Shown: positions 29,542 through 38,788, counted from the first letter of the stretch. The stretch is DNA of 64,000 nt from an uncultured Saprospiraceae bacterium (GCA_937944095.1 CALEAC010000027.1:2524-66523), one strand, 5' to 3'. Notes: generated from the sequence alone by a model not told the origin. Program-made: numbers and translations.

Positions 29542-30462
29542 ATGAGCATAGGTCGGATGACCCTAACCATATTGGGTTGCAACTCTGCAAAGCCCTGTCA
29601 TGGCCGGTTCCAGACCTCACAGATCTTACAATTAGGAAATGAAACATTGCTTCTGGATTGTGGCGAAGGTGCCCAAATCAGAATGATGGACTATAAGGTC
29701 AAAAAATCTAGGATTAGCACCGTCCTAATCAGTCATATGCATGGAGATCATCTCTATGGCTTACCTGGGTTTATCGGATCTCTATCACTCGATAAAAGAA
29801 ATGCGCCACTAACAATCTACGGACCAGTCGGCATAAAGACCTACTTATCGGCCGTATTTACAGCTAGCCAAGCCCATTTGTCTATAGATTTAGTGATTCA
29901 TGAGATTGCCCCAGTCGTTGCTGAAAGAATATTTCTTAGCAAAGACTATCAAATCACAGCCTTTCCTGTCTCACATCGCGTCCCGACCTACGGTTACCTA
30001 GTAGAAGAGATTAATCCGACTATAAATGTGGAAAAATCTGCAATCAGTCGCTATTCCCTCACGATTCCAGAGATTAAGAAGCTCAAAGCTGGTCAAGATT
30101 TAGTTAGAGGTGATCAGATAATAGATCATAGACAACTGACCTTAGGTTCAAAACCATTGAGATCATATGCCTATTGTGCTGACACGACTGTTGCTGGTTG
30201 GAATACCAGTGTGATAGAAAATACCCATACCCTCTATTTCGAAACAACCTATCTAGATGAATTGAGGACAAAAGCGCATCAGCGAAAGCATAGCACAGCA
30301 CGAGAGGCTGGTGAGCTAGCGAAGCAACTAGGGGTCAACCGCTTAGTTATAGGACATTACTCTAGTCAATACAGGGATATTCAGCCTTTGCTCGACGAAG
30401 CAAAAGCTTATTTTGAGAATACTGTAGCGGGTTATGATGGATTGATTTTAGAAATTGAATAA
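29542..30462 (+). CDS. rnz: ribonuclease Z
   Basis: 306 aa. ILGCNSA...LLDCGEG, and metallo-beta-lactamase motif SHMHGDHLYGLPG. Confidence 0.9.
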   Translation: MSIGRMTLTILGCNSAKPCHGRFQTSQILQLGNETLLLDCGEGAQIRMMDYKVKKSRISTVLISHMHGDHLYGLPGFIGSLSLDKRNAPLTIYGPVGIKTYLSAVFTASQAHLSIDLVIHEIAPVVAERIFLSKDYQITAFPVSHRVPTYGYLVEEINPTINVEKSAISRYSLTIPEIKKLKAGQDLVRGDQIIDHRQLTLGSKPLRSYAYCADTTVAGWNTSVIENTHTLYFETTYLDELRTKAHQRKHSTAREAGELAKQLGVNRLVIGHYSSQYRDIQPLLDEAKAYFENTVAGYDGLILEIE

Positions 30463-30479
30463 AACATTGCTTTCCTATC

Positions 30480-30509
30480 TTGCTAAATAGGAAATAGAAA
30501 CTATCTTTG
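30480..30509 (+). promoter_or_regulatory. Bacteroidota-type promoter for tRNA-Lys (-33 TTG, -7 TATCTTTG)
   Basis: TTG at 30480-30482 and TAnnTTTG match TATCTTTG at 30502-30509, with a 19-nt spacer. It lies 19 nt upstream of the mature tRNA 5' end. Confidence 0.45.
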
Positions 30510-30527
30510 CACAACTTTTTTAAGTGG

Positions 30528-30600
30528 GGTCGGTTAGCTCAGTTGGTAGAGCAACGCCCTTTTAAGGCGTGGGTCCTGGGTTCGAGCCCCAGACCGGCTA
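30528..30600 (+). tRNA. tRNA-Lys (anticodon UUU)
   Basis: Hand-folded cloverleaf. Acceptor ggtcggt/accggct (two G-U pairs), D arm gctc-agttggta-gagc, anticodon arm acgcc-CTTTTAA-ggcgt, 5-nt variable loop, T arm ctggg-ttcgagc-cccag, discriminator A. CCA is not encoded. Confidence 0.9.
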
Positions 30601-30608
30601 CTCCAAAA

Positions 30609-30637
30609 AGCCTCTGAATTATCAGGGGCTTTTCTTA
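30609..30637 (+). terminator. rho-independent terminator after tRNA-Lys
   Basis: A 9-bp stem agcctctga/tcaggggct (one G-U pair) with a 4-nt loop, followed by tttcttattt. Confidence 0.5.
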
Positions 30638-30694
30638 TTTGATAAAGTTCTAAGCGCCTTTGAAAAAAATTATCTTTATTCAAAATAACTTCCG

Positions 30695-31294
30695 ATGAAG
30701 CAACCACTTGTTAGTCCTGTAAACAGCCAGGATTCTTCTGAATTACAGGAAATGAAAGATTTTTATAATGAGACACTCGGGTTTACGCCTAATAGTCTAT
30801 TCACAATGATGCATAGACCACGTATTTCTAACGCCTTTCTAGAAATGAATCTAGCTGTCATGGAAAACAAAGGTCGTGTCACAAGTTCACTAAAACGCGA
30901 GCTCGCTTACCTCTCTAGCCATGCAACTGGCTGTAGATACTGTGAGGCGCATACGATACGTGCTGCAGAGCGATATGGATCGACAGCAGATCGATTAGCA
31001 CATATTTGGGATTATAAAACTTCAGACTTGTTCTCAGAGGGAGAAAGAGCCGTTTTTGATCTGGCTATTGCCGCATCACTAGTACCTAATGCAGTAACGG
31101 ACGAAATCGCTGAGGAAATGCGGCAACACTGGGATGAAGGTGAGATTGTCGAGATTATGGGTGTTATAGCCTTATTTGGTTATCTCAATAGATGGAACGA
31201 CAGTATGGGGACCCAGCTAGAAGATCCTGCAGCAGAGGACGCGGAGAAACATCTCAGTGTCAAAGGGTGGAATAGAGGAAAACACCAATACTAG
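30695..31294 (+). CDS. carboxymuconolactone decarboxylase / AhpD-like peroxidase-related protein
   Basis: 199 aa with the CMD-family redox motif HATGCRYCEAH. Confidence 0.8.
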   Translation: MKQPLVSPVNSQDSSELQEMKDFYNETLGFTPNSLFTMMHRPRISNAFLEMNLAVMENKGRVTSSLKRELAYLSSHATGCRYCEAHTIRAAERYGSTADRLAHIWDYKTSDLFSEGERAVFDLAIAASLVPNAVTDEIAEEMRQHWDEGEIVEIMGVIALFGYLNRWNDSMGTQLEDPAAEDAEKHLSVKGWNRGKHQY

Positions 31295-31296
31295 AG

Positions 31297-32541
31297 ATGG
31301 CATCACTTAAGATTTTTGGTCCATTTGCTGAGTTACTTAGCTTTCAGGATGCCTCTAATAAAGGCCCATTGCAAGATGAAGAACTCACGATACACAAGGC
31401 TTATGGTATCCTGGTAGATGGGTCTATTATAAAATCGATCGCTCTCTACGAAAGCTTAGTGGCTGATTATCCGAGCATCGAGTTGATTGAATTACCTAAG
31501 TCTTGTACGGTAATCCCTGGCATGATAGATTGCCATACGCATATCTGCTTTGGTGGAACTAGGGCAAGGGATTTTGCAATGCGTAATGCTGGGAAGACCT
31601 ACTTGGAAATAGCCAAAGAGGGTGGTGGTATATGGGATACAGTCAAACAAACTAGATCAGCGACAGAACAAGAACTAGTCGATCTCACAATCAAGCGTGC
31701 AACGGTCCTCTTGCAAAGAGGTATTACAACGATCGAAGTCAAATCTGGTTATGGTCTTTCTGTCTCAGAAGAGCTCAAAATGCTAAAGGCAATTGCTAAG
31801 GCTAACAAAAAGACAGCTGCCGAACTGATTCCGACCTGTCTCGCAGCTCATATCAAACCCAAAGATTTCCTGGGGGACCATGCTCAATACCTCAATGTAA
31901 TTGCTCATGAATTGTTACCTGAGATTGTTTCTCAAAAACTCTCTAAGCGACTAGATGTCTTTGTAGAAGAAGAGGCCTTTAGTCAGGAAGTGGTACATCC
32001 TTACTTTGCTGCGGCTAAGATGATGGGCTTTAATCTGACGGTACATGCGGATCAGTTCCATACCGGTGGGAGTGTGGTTGCCGTAGAGCACCAAGCTCAG
32101 AGTGCCGATCATCTAGAAGCGAGTGGTCCAGAGGAGATTCAGTTATTAGCAGGGAGTGAAGTGGTTGCAGTGGCTTTGCCCGGCGCATCGATAGGGTTGG
32201 GTGTGCGATTCACACCAGCGCGTCAGTTGTTAGATGCGGGCTGTAGTCTGGCAATAGCTTCAGATTGGAACCCAGGATCAGCTCCGATGGGAGACCTTAT
32301 GGCTCAGGCGAGTATCCTAGCGACTTATGAGAAACTAAGCAATGCAGAAGTAATAGCAGGGGTGACTTATAGAGCAGCACATGCTCTTGGCATCACAGAT
32401 CAAGGTCGACTTAGTTCTGGATACCAGGCAGACTTCAATGTATATGATACAGGAGACCATAGAGAGATCACCTATCAGCAAGGACAATTAAGACCAATTA
32501 TGGTTATCAAAGGGGGCGAGGTCGTGTTTTCAGCTGTATAG
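31297..32541 (+). CDS. hutI: imidazolonepropionase
   Basis: 414 aa. GMIDCHTHICFGGTRARDFAMRNAGKTYLEIAKEGGGI is highly HutI-like, and the fold is amidohydrolase. Confidence 0.88.
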   Translation: MASLKIFGPFAELLSFQDASNKGPLQDEELTIHKAYGILVDGSIIKSIALYESLVADYPSIELIELPKSCTVIPGMIDCHTHICFGGTRARDFAMRNAGKTYLEIAKEGGGIWDTVKQTRSATEQELVDLTIKRATVLLQRGITTIEVKSGYGLSVSEELKMLKAIAKANKKTAAELIPTCLAAHIKPKDFLGDHAQYLNVIAHELLPEIVSQKLSKRLDVFVEEEAFSQEVVHPYFAAAKMMGFNLTVHADQFHTGGSVVAVEHQAQSADHLEASGPEEIQLLAGSEVVAVALPGASIGLGVRFTPARQLLDAGCSLAIASDWNPGSAPMGDLMAQASILATYEKLSNAEVIAGVTYRAAHALGITDQGRLSSGYQADFNVYDTGDHREITYQQGQLRPIMVIKGGEVVFSAV

Positions 32542-32645
32542 CAATTAGATGCCCTATTTGAAACAAAATATTGTACTTTTGCGTTCTTTTCAAAGCAAGA
32601 GTTACAGACCATTTCTGGAAATCATTGCATATTTTCTGAAAAAAA

Positions 32646-32678
32646 ACGCTTAGTCAGAGCTGCTTATCTCCTAAGCGT
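32646..32678. terminator. hairpin between hutI and the 74-aa ORF (possible bidirectional terminator)
   Basis: An 8-bp stem acgcttag/ctaagcgt with a 17-nt loop. It is flanked by A8 on the left and tatttct on the right, so the U tract is much stronger in the minus orientation. Confidence 0.35.
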
Positions 32679-32700
32679 ATTTCTAAACTAAATTCATATT

Positions 32701-32925
32701 ATGGCAAGACCTAGGACGAAAAAATTCGAATATGGAAAAGGTATTTATTATTTCAATATCAAGAAAGGTTATAATAACAATATAACAATCAAAAGAACTG
32801 AGTTGAAAAAAGCAGTCGATGCCTATAAGAACTATCTCAAGACACAACCAGACAATTGCGAATGGTTGGGTAAGTGGGATGGTAAGAAATTCATAGAGGA
32901 TAACTACGACAAACTAGGAATCTGA
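32701..32925 (+). CDS. hypothetical small basic protein
   Basis: 74-aa Lys-rich ATG ORF followed by a strong terminator. I recognise no family. Confidence 0.5.
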   Translation: MARPRTKKFEYGKGIYYFNIKKGYNNNITIKRTELKKAVDAYKNYLKTQPDNCEWLGKWDGKKFIEDNYDKLGI

Positions 32926-32946
32926 TCCGTATTATCAGATAAACAA

Positions 32947-32981
32947 AACCTTCATTGATTCGCTCGATGAAGGTTTTTTTT
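32947..32981 (+). terminator. rho-independent terminator after the 74-aa ORF
   Basis: Stem aaccttcat(tga)/(tcg)atgaaggtt, about 12 bp, with a 5-nt loop, followed by T8. Confidence 0.65.
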
Positions 32982-33039
32982 GTGGCTATTTTCTAGTTTT
33001 ACTTGTGTGATAATTTTGTAATAAGCTAACTATAACAAC

Positions 33040-34326
33040 ATGAATAGCAAGTACTTAGAATTAGTGGTGATAATTTTAGTTATGCTCGCCTCGAACTGCC
33101 GGATGCTGGCGCAGAAGTGGGTTGTCGATGAGTTAGAACCCATGCCGCAAGCCATCAGTAATAATTCAGTGGTTGGTCATAAGGGCTATGTCTACTCATT
33201 TTCTGGAATCGATAATACTAAGATCTATTCGGGTATCAGTAATGCCGCGTTTAAGTATGATATATCAACTGACACTTGGTCTGCTCTTCCAGACTTACCA
33301 GATGACAGGACTAAGATTGCAGCTGCGGCTTCTGTAGTCAAGGATAAAATTTACATCATCGGAGGTTATACAGTATTAGCAAGTGGCAATGAAATTTCAT
33401 CTGCTAAGACTCATGTATTTAATACCCTGACAGATCGTTATGAGACCGATGGACTAGATATTCCGATACCTATAGATGACCAGGTGCAAGCAGTCTATCG
33501 TGATAGCCTAATATACGTTGTTACAGGATGGAGCAATTCGAATAATGTAACAGCAGTACAAGTGTATGACCCTGCGCAGAACACTTGGTCGGTCGCCACA
33601 CCACTACCAGCTAATACTTACCGTGTATTTGGTGCTTCGGGAACAATTGTAGGTGATACCTTATATTATCTTGGTGGTGCAGCTAATGGGTCGTTTGCTG
33701 CAGCTCCATATCTGAGAAAAGGCTACATCAATCCTAATGATCCAATGGATATTAGCTGGGAAGAAGAACAATCTAATGATGCGATAGGGTATAGGGCTGC
33801 TGCTTCAGTATGGGGTGACAATCCAATCTGGTTTGGTGGCAGTTCAGTGACTTATAATTTTGATGGCATAGCGTATAACGGGAGTGGCGGTGTCGAACCT
33901 AATATGCAAATTATTAATTACGATAGGCAAGCAGGGAGCCTAGGTGAACCAATTATTGTCGAAGACCTAACATCGATGGACTTAAGAGGTATCGCGAAAA
34001 TCGGTCCGAATGAATACCTAATAGCTGGAGGGATGACTAATAATCAAACAGTCACAAGTAGAACCTTACGAGTTAGTTATAATGAGACTTCATCAGTAAC
34101 GCCATTAAAAGAAAATAAACATAGTATCTGGCCGACGGTCGCCAATCAACAACTATTTGTTTCCGCTCAGCCAGCTGCGCGTTATAGGATAATTCATAGC
34201 AATGGATCCCTATGCTTAGAAGGTCATTGTAAAGGTGAGTTAGAACAACTTGATGTTAGCCAGTTGTCATCTGGGATTTACTACGTAATTATCGAGCAAG
34301 AGTGTCATGCCTTTACGAAGCGATAG
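33040..34326 (+). CDS. Kelch-repeat beta-propeller protein (NanM-like) with T9SS type A C-terminal domain
   Basis: 428 aa with a signal peptide. Repeated Kelch signatures (KIYIIGGY, LIYVVTGW, TLYYLGG, PIWFGG). The C-terminal IWPTVANQQLFV...SSGIYYVII resembles a T9SS CTD. Confidence 0.75.
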   Translation: MNSKYLELVVIILVMLASNCRMLAQKWVVDELEPMPQAISNNSVVGHKGYVYSFSGIDNTKIYSGISNAAFKYDISTDTWSALPDLPDDRTKIAAAASVVKDKIYIIGGYTVLASGNEISSAKTHVFNTLTDRYETDGLDIPIPIDDQVQAVYRDSLIYVVTGWSNSNNVTAVQVYDPAQNTWSVATPLPANTYRVFGASGTIVGDTLYYLGGAANGSFAAAPYLRKGYINPNDPMDISWEEEQSNDAIGYRAAASVWGDNPIWFGGSSVTYNFDGIAYNGSGGVEPNMQIINYDRQAGSLGEPIIVEDLTSMDLRGIAKIGPNEYLIAGGMTNNQTVTSRTLRVSYNETSSVTPLKENKHSIWPTVANQQLFVSAQPAARYRIIHSNGSLCLEGHCKGELEQLDVSQLSSGIYYVIIEQECHAFTKR

Positions 34327-34352
34327 TATTCGCGTTAGGCGTAAATAATAAA

Positions 34353-34407
34353 GCAGAATTAACAACCAAAGGATATATATAAATTGCCCTTCTGTTATTA
34401 ATTCTGC
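34353..34407. terminator. long hairpin between convergent T9SS cargo genes (possible bidirectional terminator)
   Basis: A perfect 10-bp stem gcagaattaa/ttaattctgc, extendable by 3 bp after one mismatch, with a loop of about 27 nt. Confidence 0.35.
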
Positions 34408-34461
34408 AATGATTAATGCAAATGAAACGATTTTCCGTGATGCCAGATTAGTGGTTATCGT

Positions 34462-36495
34462 TTAGTTTTGTATTTGTAATTTTTTGACGATTTGCTGGTC
34501 ATCTAACTGGATGGTAACCAAATAGATTCCATTCCAGTCATTACTTGCGTTAATTGGTAATATCTGAGCACCGTTTAGTAAGCCATAAGCTTTCGTTGCG
34601 AGCACCTGACCATTTAGATTTGAAATTTTCACACTGACCTCCGTTGCTTTTTTTAGCTGTAAGGTCAATTGACTTGTAGAGTTTGTTGGGTTAGGGAATA
34701 GCCTTACTGCGAGATCTTCGATGTGGTCTTCTACAGAAACACCTGTTAAGTCTAGGCTTTTGGAATCAGCGTTTAAGATTTGCTGAGTGCTGCCATCGAG
34801 TAACATAGCGACGATATGTAAGTTCCTAAGGTCTAATTCTTCTGGAATCATATAACTAGTAGAGTAGGCATACTCTTCACCATAATTCATATCAGTTGGT
34901 AGACTACCTTCTTCACCTCTTACCCCGCCTATAACTGCTCTAGCGACGTGGTTATAAATCATATCAGCTGCTGGTACTGGATTAGGAAGCACTTCATATC
35001 CACCCATTACACCAGCAATTCCTCCAGCATAAAAATTTGCCTGATTATACTGAGAGAGTGTTCCAGCAACCTCATCCTCTGTGATGACAAAGCTTAATCT
35101 ATAGTCTCCGGATAAGGCTAGAGCTGGGACAACTTTAGCTTCGATAGTGACGGTTCTTGTTTCATGGTCATAAATTATTTCCTCAGACACTGAGGCGCTA
35201 GGAATATTAGCAAGAGAAAGTCTTTCCTCCACATAGAATTCTGCGGCGGCAGGTGAAATGCCTGTCCCTAATAGAGTCCGGTCTACATGACAACTCGGAA
35301 AGCCTACAAAACCAATTCCACTGTCATATTCATCGACGGTCATTATATCTCCATTATGGACAGCAATTCCAATAAATTCATCCGGATAGTTTTCTTGCAG
35401 TAAATCTAAAGCAACGGCACCTCGAGGGCACCAGCCACACCATGTTCCTGTGCCTTCTTCTATGACGACTTTTCTATTAGGTAAGAAATAATAAGCAGCA
35501 ACCTGGTCATTACCGCTATTGTTAGTTAATACTTCATCATCACCACCATTGACATTCATAACCTCTGCATTGACAGTTGTGATGTCGCCGACCTCTAATT
35601 TGAGCTGTAAGTTTTCTTCAATGAGGTAAGTCTCATATGGATCTAATGATATGTTATCAATTTCTAACACACCTGTTGTATTGCCGTTATCCCAAGCAAT
35701 ATCAAATGAGGTTATAGGGTCTAAGCCGTTATTAAATAAATGAGCAGTCATTAAGTTTTCTTCCGCGCTAGCTAACTGAATCTTTTCCATATCCATGTTA
35801 AGAAATACTAGATCTAATTGTAGAGCCTGATAGGTTTTATCCTTAAGTGCCATAATCTCCTCCGCACTCAATGCGGATGAATAGACGTAAACTTCATCTA
35901 CATAACCGTTGTAGTTTGGCACTGCGCTATTGCTTTGAGCACCAATAGAGAATGGAACGGTATTGCTTTGCAATTCACCTTCAGCGGGTTTAGAGTTGAC
36001 CAAATTGCCGTCTCTATATAAGTTCAATACCTTTCCATCATAGGTAGCGGCATAATGTACCCACCTATTTATTGGCATAGGTTCAGTATCCTGTATGTTG
36101 TCATAGAAGCCGTTCCATCTTACGGTTTGGTTGTCGGGGTTGATTCCTAGATAGTAAGAACCTTCTGTACCTAACCATTTGTTAATCAGAGGAGTCCATT
36201 CTCCATTGAAAGAAAGCATATTGAACCAGCCAGAAACGGTAATCCCCTCATCCATGTTTAGGAATTCTGAATTTTCGTGATACAGATAACTTTGATTTAG
36301 TAGAATTGCTCTGCCTGCACTCCCATCTTTATCATCTGCAGCAGAAGTATTTCCATTGGTTAATAGTGTATTTTCATTTCCAGTTTCGTCATAAGTGCTT
36401 CCCATATTGAAATGATACTCAGCTGTAGGGTTTTGAGCAGCTAAGAATAGACTAAAACAAGACATACATAGTAAAAAGATTGTAAAGTGCTTCAT
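34462..36495 (-). CDS. LamG-domain + Omp28-related/thioredoxin-like + T9SS type A CTD secreted protein
   Basis: I place the start at ATG 36495 (MKHFTIFLLCMSCFSLFLAAQ); ATG 36510 is the alternative. LamG pattern ITVSGWF...WVHYAATYDGKVLNLYRDG...GYVDEVYVYSSALSAEEI. Mid-domain GTGTWCGWCPRG. C-terminal VRLFPNPTNS...GIYLVTI. Confidence 0.8.
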   Translation of the reverse strand: MKHFTIFLLCMSCFSLFLAAQNPTAEYHFNMGSTYDETGNENTLLTNGNTSAADDKDGSAGRAILLNQSYLYHENSEFLNMDEGITVSGWFNMLSFNGEWTPLINKWLGTEGSYYLGINPDNQTVRWNGFYDNIQDTEPMPINRWVHYAATYDGKVLNLYRDGNLVNSKPAEGELQSNTVPFSIGAQSNSAVPNYNGYVDEVYVYSSALSAEEIMALKDKTYQALQLDLVFLNMDMEKIQLASAEENLMTAHLFNNGLDPITSFDIAWDNGNTTGVLEIDNISLDPYETYLIEENLQLKLEVGDITTVNAEVMNVNGGDDEVLTNNSGNDQVAAYYFLPNRKVVIEEGTGTWCGWCPRGAVALDLLQENYPDEFIGIAVHNGDIMTVDEYDSGIGFVGFPSCHVDRTLLGTGISPAAAEFYVEERLSLANIPSASVSEEIIYDHETRTVTIEAKVVPALALSGDYRLSFVITEDEVAGTLSQYNQANFYAGGIAGVMGGYEVLPNPVPAADMIYNHVARAVIGGVRGEEGSLPTDMNYGEEYAYSTSYMIPEELDLRNLHIVAMLLDGSTQQILNADSKSLDLTGVSVEDHIEDLAVRLFPNPTNSTSQLTLQLKKATEVSVKISNLNGQVLATKAYGLLNGAQILPINASNDWNGIYLVTIQLDDQQIVKKLQIQN

Positions 36496-36699
36496 GTTGA
36501 AATTTTGCATTGAAAATAAGGATATTAACCCAATATAGTTACATGGTATGTGTGGAATATTAATTGGACATGCGGTGATCATTTTCTTTGACTTGAGCCT
36601 ATCATTTCCAGGTCCATCATTAGTCAGCCAATAATCATATACGACGACCATTCACTTCGACCATTCATCAGACTAACTCTTCCGTTTGCCCCAAGTTTG

Positions 36700-36730
36700 T
36701 TTGCCACTAAGCTCTAACAAGGTATATTTG
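36700..36730 (+). promoter_or_regulatory. Bacteroidota-type promoter for glpX (-33 TTTG, -7 TATATTTG)
   Basis: TTTG at 36700-36703 and TATATTTG at 36723-36730, with a 19-nt spacer. It lies 16 nt upstream of the ATG. Confidence 0.45.
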
Positions 36731-36746
36731 AACCAAAATTTCCATT

Positions 36747-37700
36747 ATGAAAAGGAATCTAGCATTAGAATTCATCAGAGTAACTGAGATTGCAGCCATT
36801 AATTCCGCAAGGTGGATGGGTAAAGGCGACGAGAAATCTGCTGATCAAGCTGCTGTAGATGGTATGAGAAAAATGCTCGATACTATAGACTGTAAGGGAG
36901 TCGTCGTTATCGGCGAGGGAGAGCGAGACGAAGCACCTATGTTATACATAGGCGAAGAAGTCGGAACTGGGAGTGGACCAGAAATCGAGATCGCTCTAGA
37001 TCCTCTCGAAGGCACGACAATCTGTGCTAAAGGGACTCAGAATTCCATCTCAGTCATGGCAATTGGTGGGAAAGGCAGTTTACTCAACGCACCAGATATC
37101 TACATGAAGAAAATTGCGGTCGGTCCTGATGGTGTGGGCGCAATAGATATCATGGACACAGCGACAAATAATCTCAAAAGGCTAGCCCAAAGGAAAAAAT
37201 GCGAAATACAAGACCTCACAGTTAGTATCCTAGATCGACCTCGTCATGAGGAATTGATTAAGGAAGTGAGGGAGGCTGGTGCTCGGATATACCTAATCGG
37301 CGATGGAGATGTCTCTACGGCGATAGCAACAGCCTTACCTGACACGGGTATCGATATGATGATCGGTACAGGCGGGGCACCTGAGGGCGTCATAGCAGCT
37401 GCAGCTCTAAGATGTATCAAAGGGGACTTCCAGGGCATACTCGTTCCACGTAATGATGATGATATAGCACGTGCAAAGAAAATGGGTGTCGATGATATCA
37501 ATAAAATATACACCATGGATGAACTCGCCAAGGGCGATGTCATGTTCATAGCTACAGGCGTTACAGACGGTTCGATGCTCAAAGGTGTTAAGTTCAAACC
37601 GTGGGGAGCGCTGACGCATTCTATTGTTATGCGAAGTAAGTCAGGAACAATCCGACACATAACGGCTGAGCACCACTTCGATCGTAAGCCTGTGTACTAA
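36747..37700 (+). CDS. glpX: class II fructose-1,6-bisphosphatase
   Basis: 317 aa. LALEFIRVTEIAAINSARWMGKGDEKSADQAAVDGMR and DPLEGTT motifs. Confidence 0.95.
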   Translation: MKRNLALEFIRVTEIAAINSARWMGKGDEKSADQAAVDGMRKMLDTIDCKGVVVIGEGERDEAPMLYIGEEVGTGSGPEIEIALDPLEGTTICAKGTQNSISVMAIGGKGSLLNAPDIYMKKIAVGPDGVGAIDIMDTATNNLKRLAQRKKCEIQDLTVSILDRPRHEELIKEVREAGARIYLIGDGDVSTAIATALPDTGIDMMIGTGGAPEGVIAAAALRCIKGDFQGILVPRNDDDIARAKKMGVDDINKIYTMDELAKGDVMFIATGVTDGSMLKGVKFKPWGALTHSIVMRSKSGTIRHITAEHHFDRKPVY

Positions 37701-37741
37701 TTAGTTGGAAAAGTAAGTAGTTAAGGTGTCCTTAAGAAGAT

Positions 37742-38158
37742 TTAAATCACGCTATCGAATCTTTCATCGATAGAGTACTTACCTGAGCCTAAGAGGTATA
37801 TAGCAAGGAAGCCTATGAGATAAATCATAGCAGGTTCTTTAGACCCACCATCAGTACCTTGCATGAAGAAGGGGTCACCACCATGTACCATAAAAGCTGC
37901 GACGGCCATCGTGATAATGAGTGGTAATGCAGCGAGGCGTGTTTTATACCCGATGATGATAAGTATAGCACAGACAAACTCACCTAGGACGGTTAGAGTA
38001 AGGCATATTTTTGGCGAAAGCCCGAATAGAGCTAAGAACTGAATCTCATCTCCAGACATTAGTTTCATCAACTTGCTATATCCATGACCGAATAGCATAT
38101 AACTACCAAAGCCTAGCCTTAGTAATAATGCTGCTAAATCGGGGTATACGACTGTCAT
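37742..38158 (-). CDS. DoxX family membrane protein
   Basis: 138 aa with four hydrophobic helices. AALLLRLGFGSYMLF-HGYSKL is a DoxX-type start. Confidence 0.8.
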   Translation of the reverse strand: MTVVYPDLAALLLRLGFGSYMLFGHGYSKLMKLMSGDEIQFLALFGLSPKICLTLTVLGEFVCAILIIIGYKTRLAALPLIITMAVAAFMVHGGDPFFMQGTDGGSKEPAMIYLIGFLAIYLLGSGKYSIDERFDSVI

Positions 38159-38179
38159 TTTAGTAAAAAATTAGAAAAA

Positions 38180-38557
38180 TTAACCACCACAAGCTAATCT
38201 CAGCTCTTCTATCTGAGTGCTCCATAAATCCTGTTGTTCTTTAGATTCGTCATCATCACTAAAGTCTGTGATCTCAAGTATTGTCTGACGCGTAATATCA
38301 GAAATGTACATTCTGAACTCGTAATACTCTTCTGGATCAGAGTCATTCCACTTAAATCTAAGTCGCTCCTCTTCTATATCATCAATTAATCTAGCTGATT
38401 CACTGCTTCCATCCCAGGTAAACGTATACTCGTCATCATTGATATCAACCCCTTCAGCAAACCATCGTACTAGGTTTTCTGGCTGGGTTAAGAACTGATA
38501 TATGATGTTGGGGGAAGCCCTGAATATAAATTCCATCTCTATTTTCACCCTACTCAT
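38180..38557 (-). CDS. START-like / SRPBCC-fold domain protein
   Basis: 125 aa. EMEFIFRASPNIIYQFLTQPENLVRWFA resembles the N-terminus of AHSA1/START-like proteins. This is a family-level call only. Confidence 0.55.
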   Translation of the reverse strand: MSRVKIEMEFIFRASPNIIYQFLTQPENLVRWFAEGVDINDDEYTFTWDGSSESARLIDDIEEERLRFKWNDSDPEEYYEFRMYISDITRQTILEITDFSDDDESKEQQDLWSTQIEELRLACGG

Positions 38558-38723
38558 TAAATAATCTTTTATTGTATAACTAATTGAAATTCTTCTTAAT
38601 GGGCGGAAAATATAATATTTAATCGAAGTATTATATAGAATTCTATTTATTAATAAAAATATCTAGGCACTTTATTTGCAATTGAGCCATTGTGTTACAT
38701 TATCTATCATGCGCTTCTATGAG

Positions 38724-38754
38724 TTGCTAATTGTGGTAGATAGTCATACATTTG
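38724..38754 (+). promoter_or_regulatory. Bacteroidota-type promoter for rpoD (-33 TTG, -7 TACATTTG)
   Basis: TTG at 38724-38726 and TACATTTG at 38747-38754, with a 20-nt spacer. It lies 34 nt upstream of the ATG. Confidence 0.45.
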
Positions 38755-38788
38755 AACCACCTAATTTGAGAATTTTAAAACACCGTAG

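Noticed and set aside
31297-32541. Calling a histidine-utilisation (hut) operon
   Set aside because: Only hutI is present. No hutH, hutU or hutG is in the window, so no operon claim is made.
36511-36651. N-terminal extension of ORF 34462..36651 (MVVVYDYWLTNDG...)
   Set aside because: A typical signal peptide begins at the internal Met (36495 or 36510). The extension has no secretion signal and would bury the signal peptide.
37244-37660. 138-aa and 70-aa ORFs antisense to glpX
   Set aside because: They lie inside the conserved glpX frame and have no motifs.
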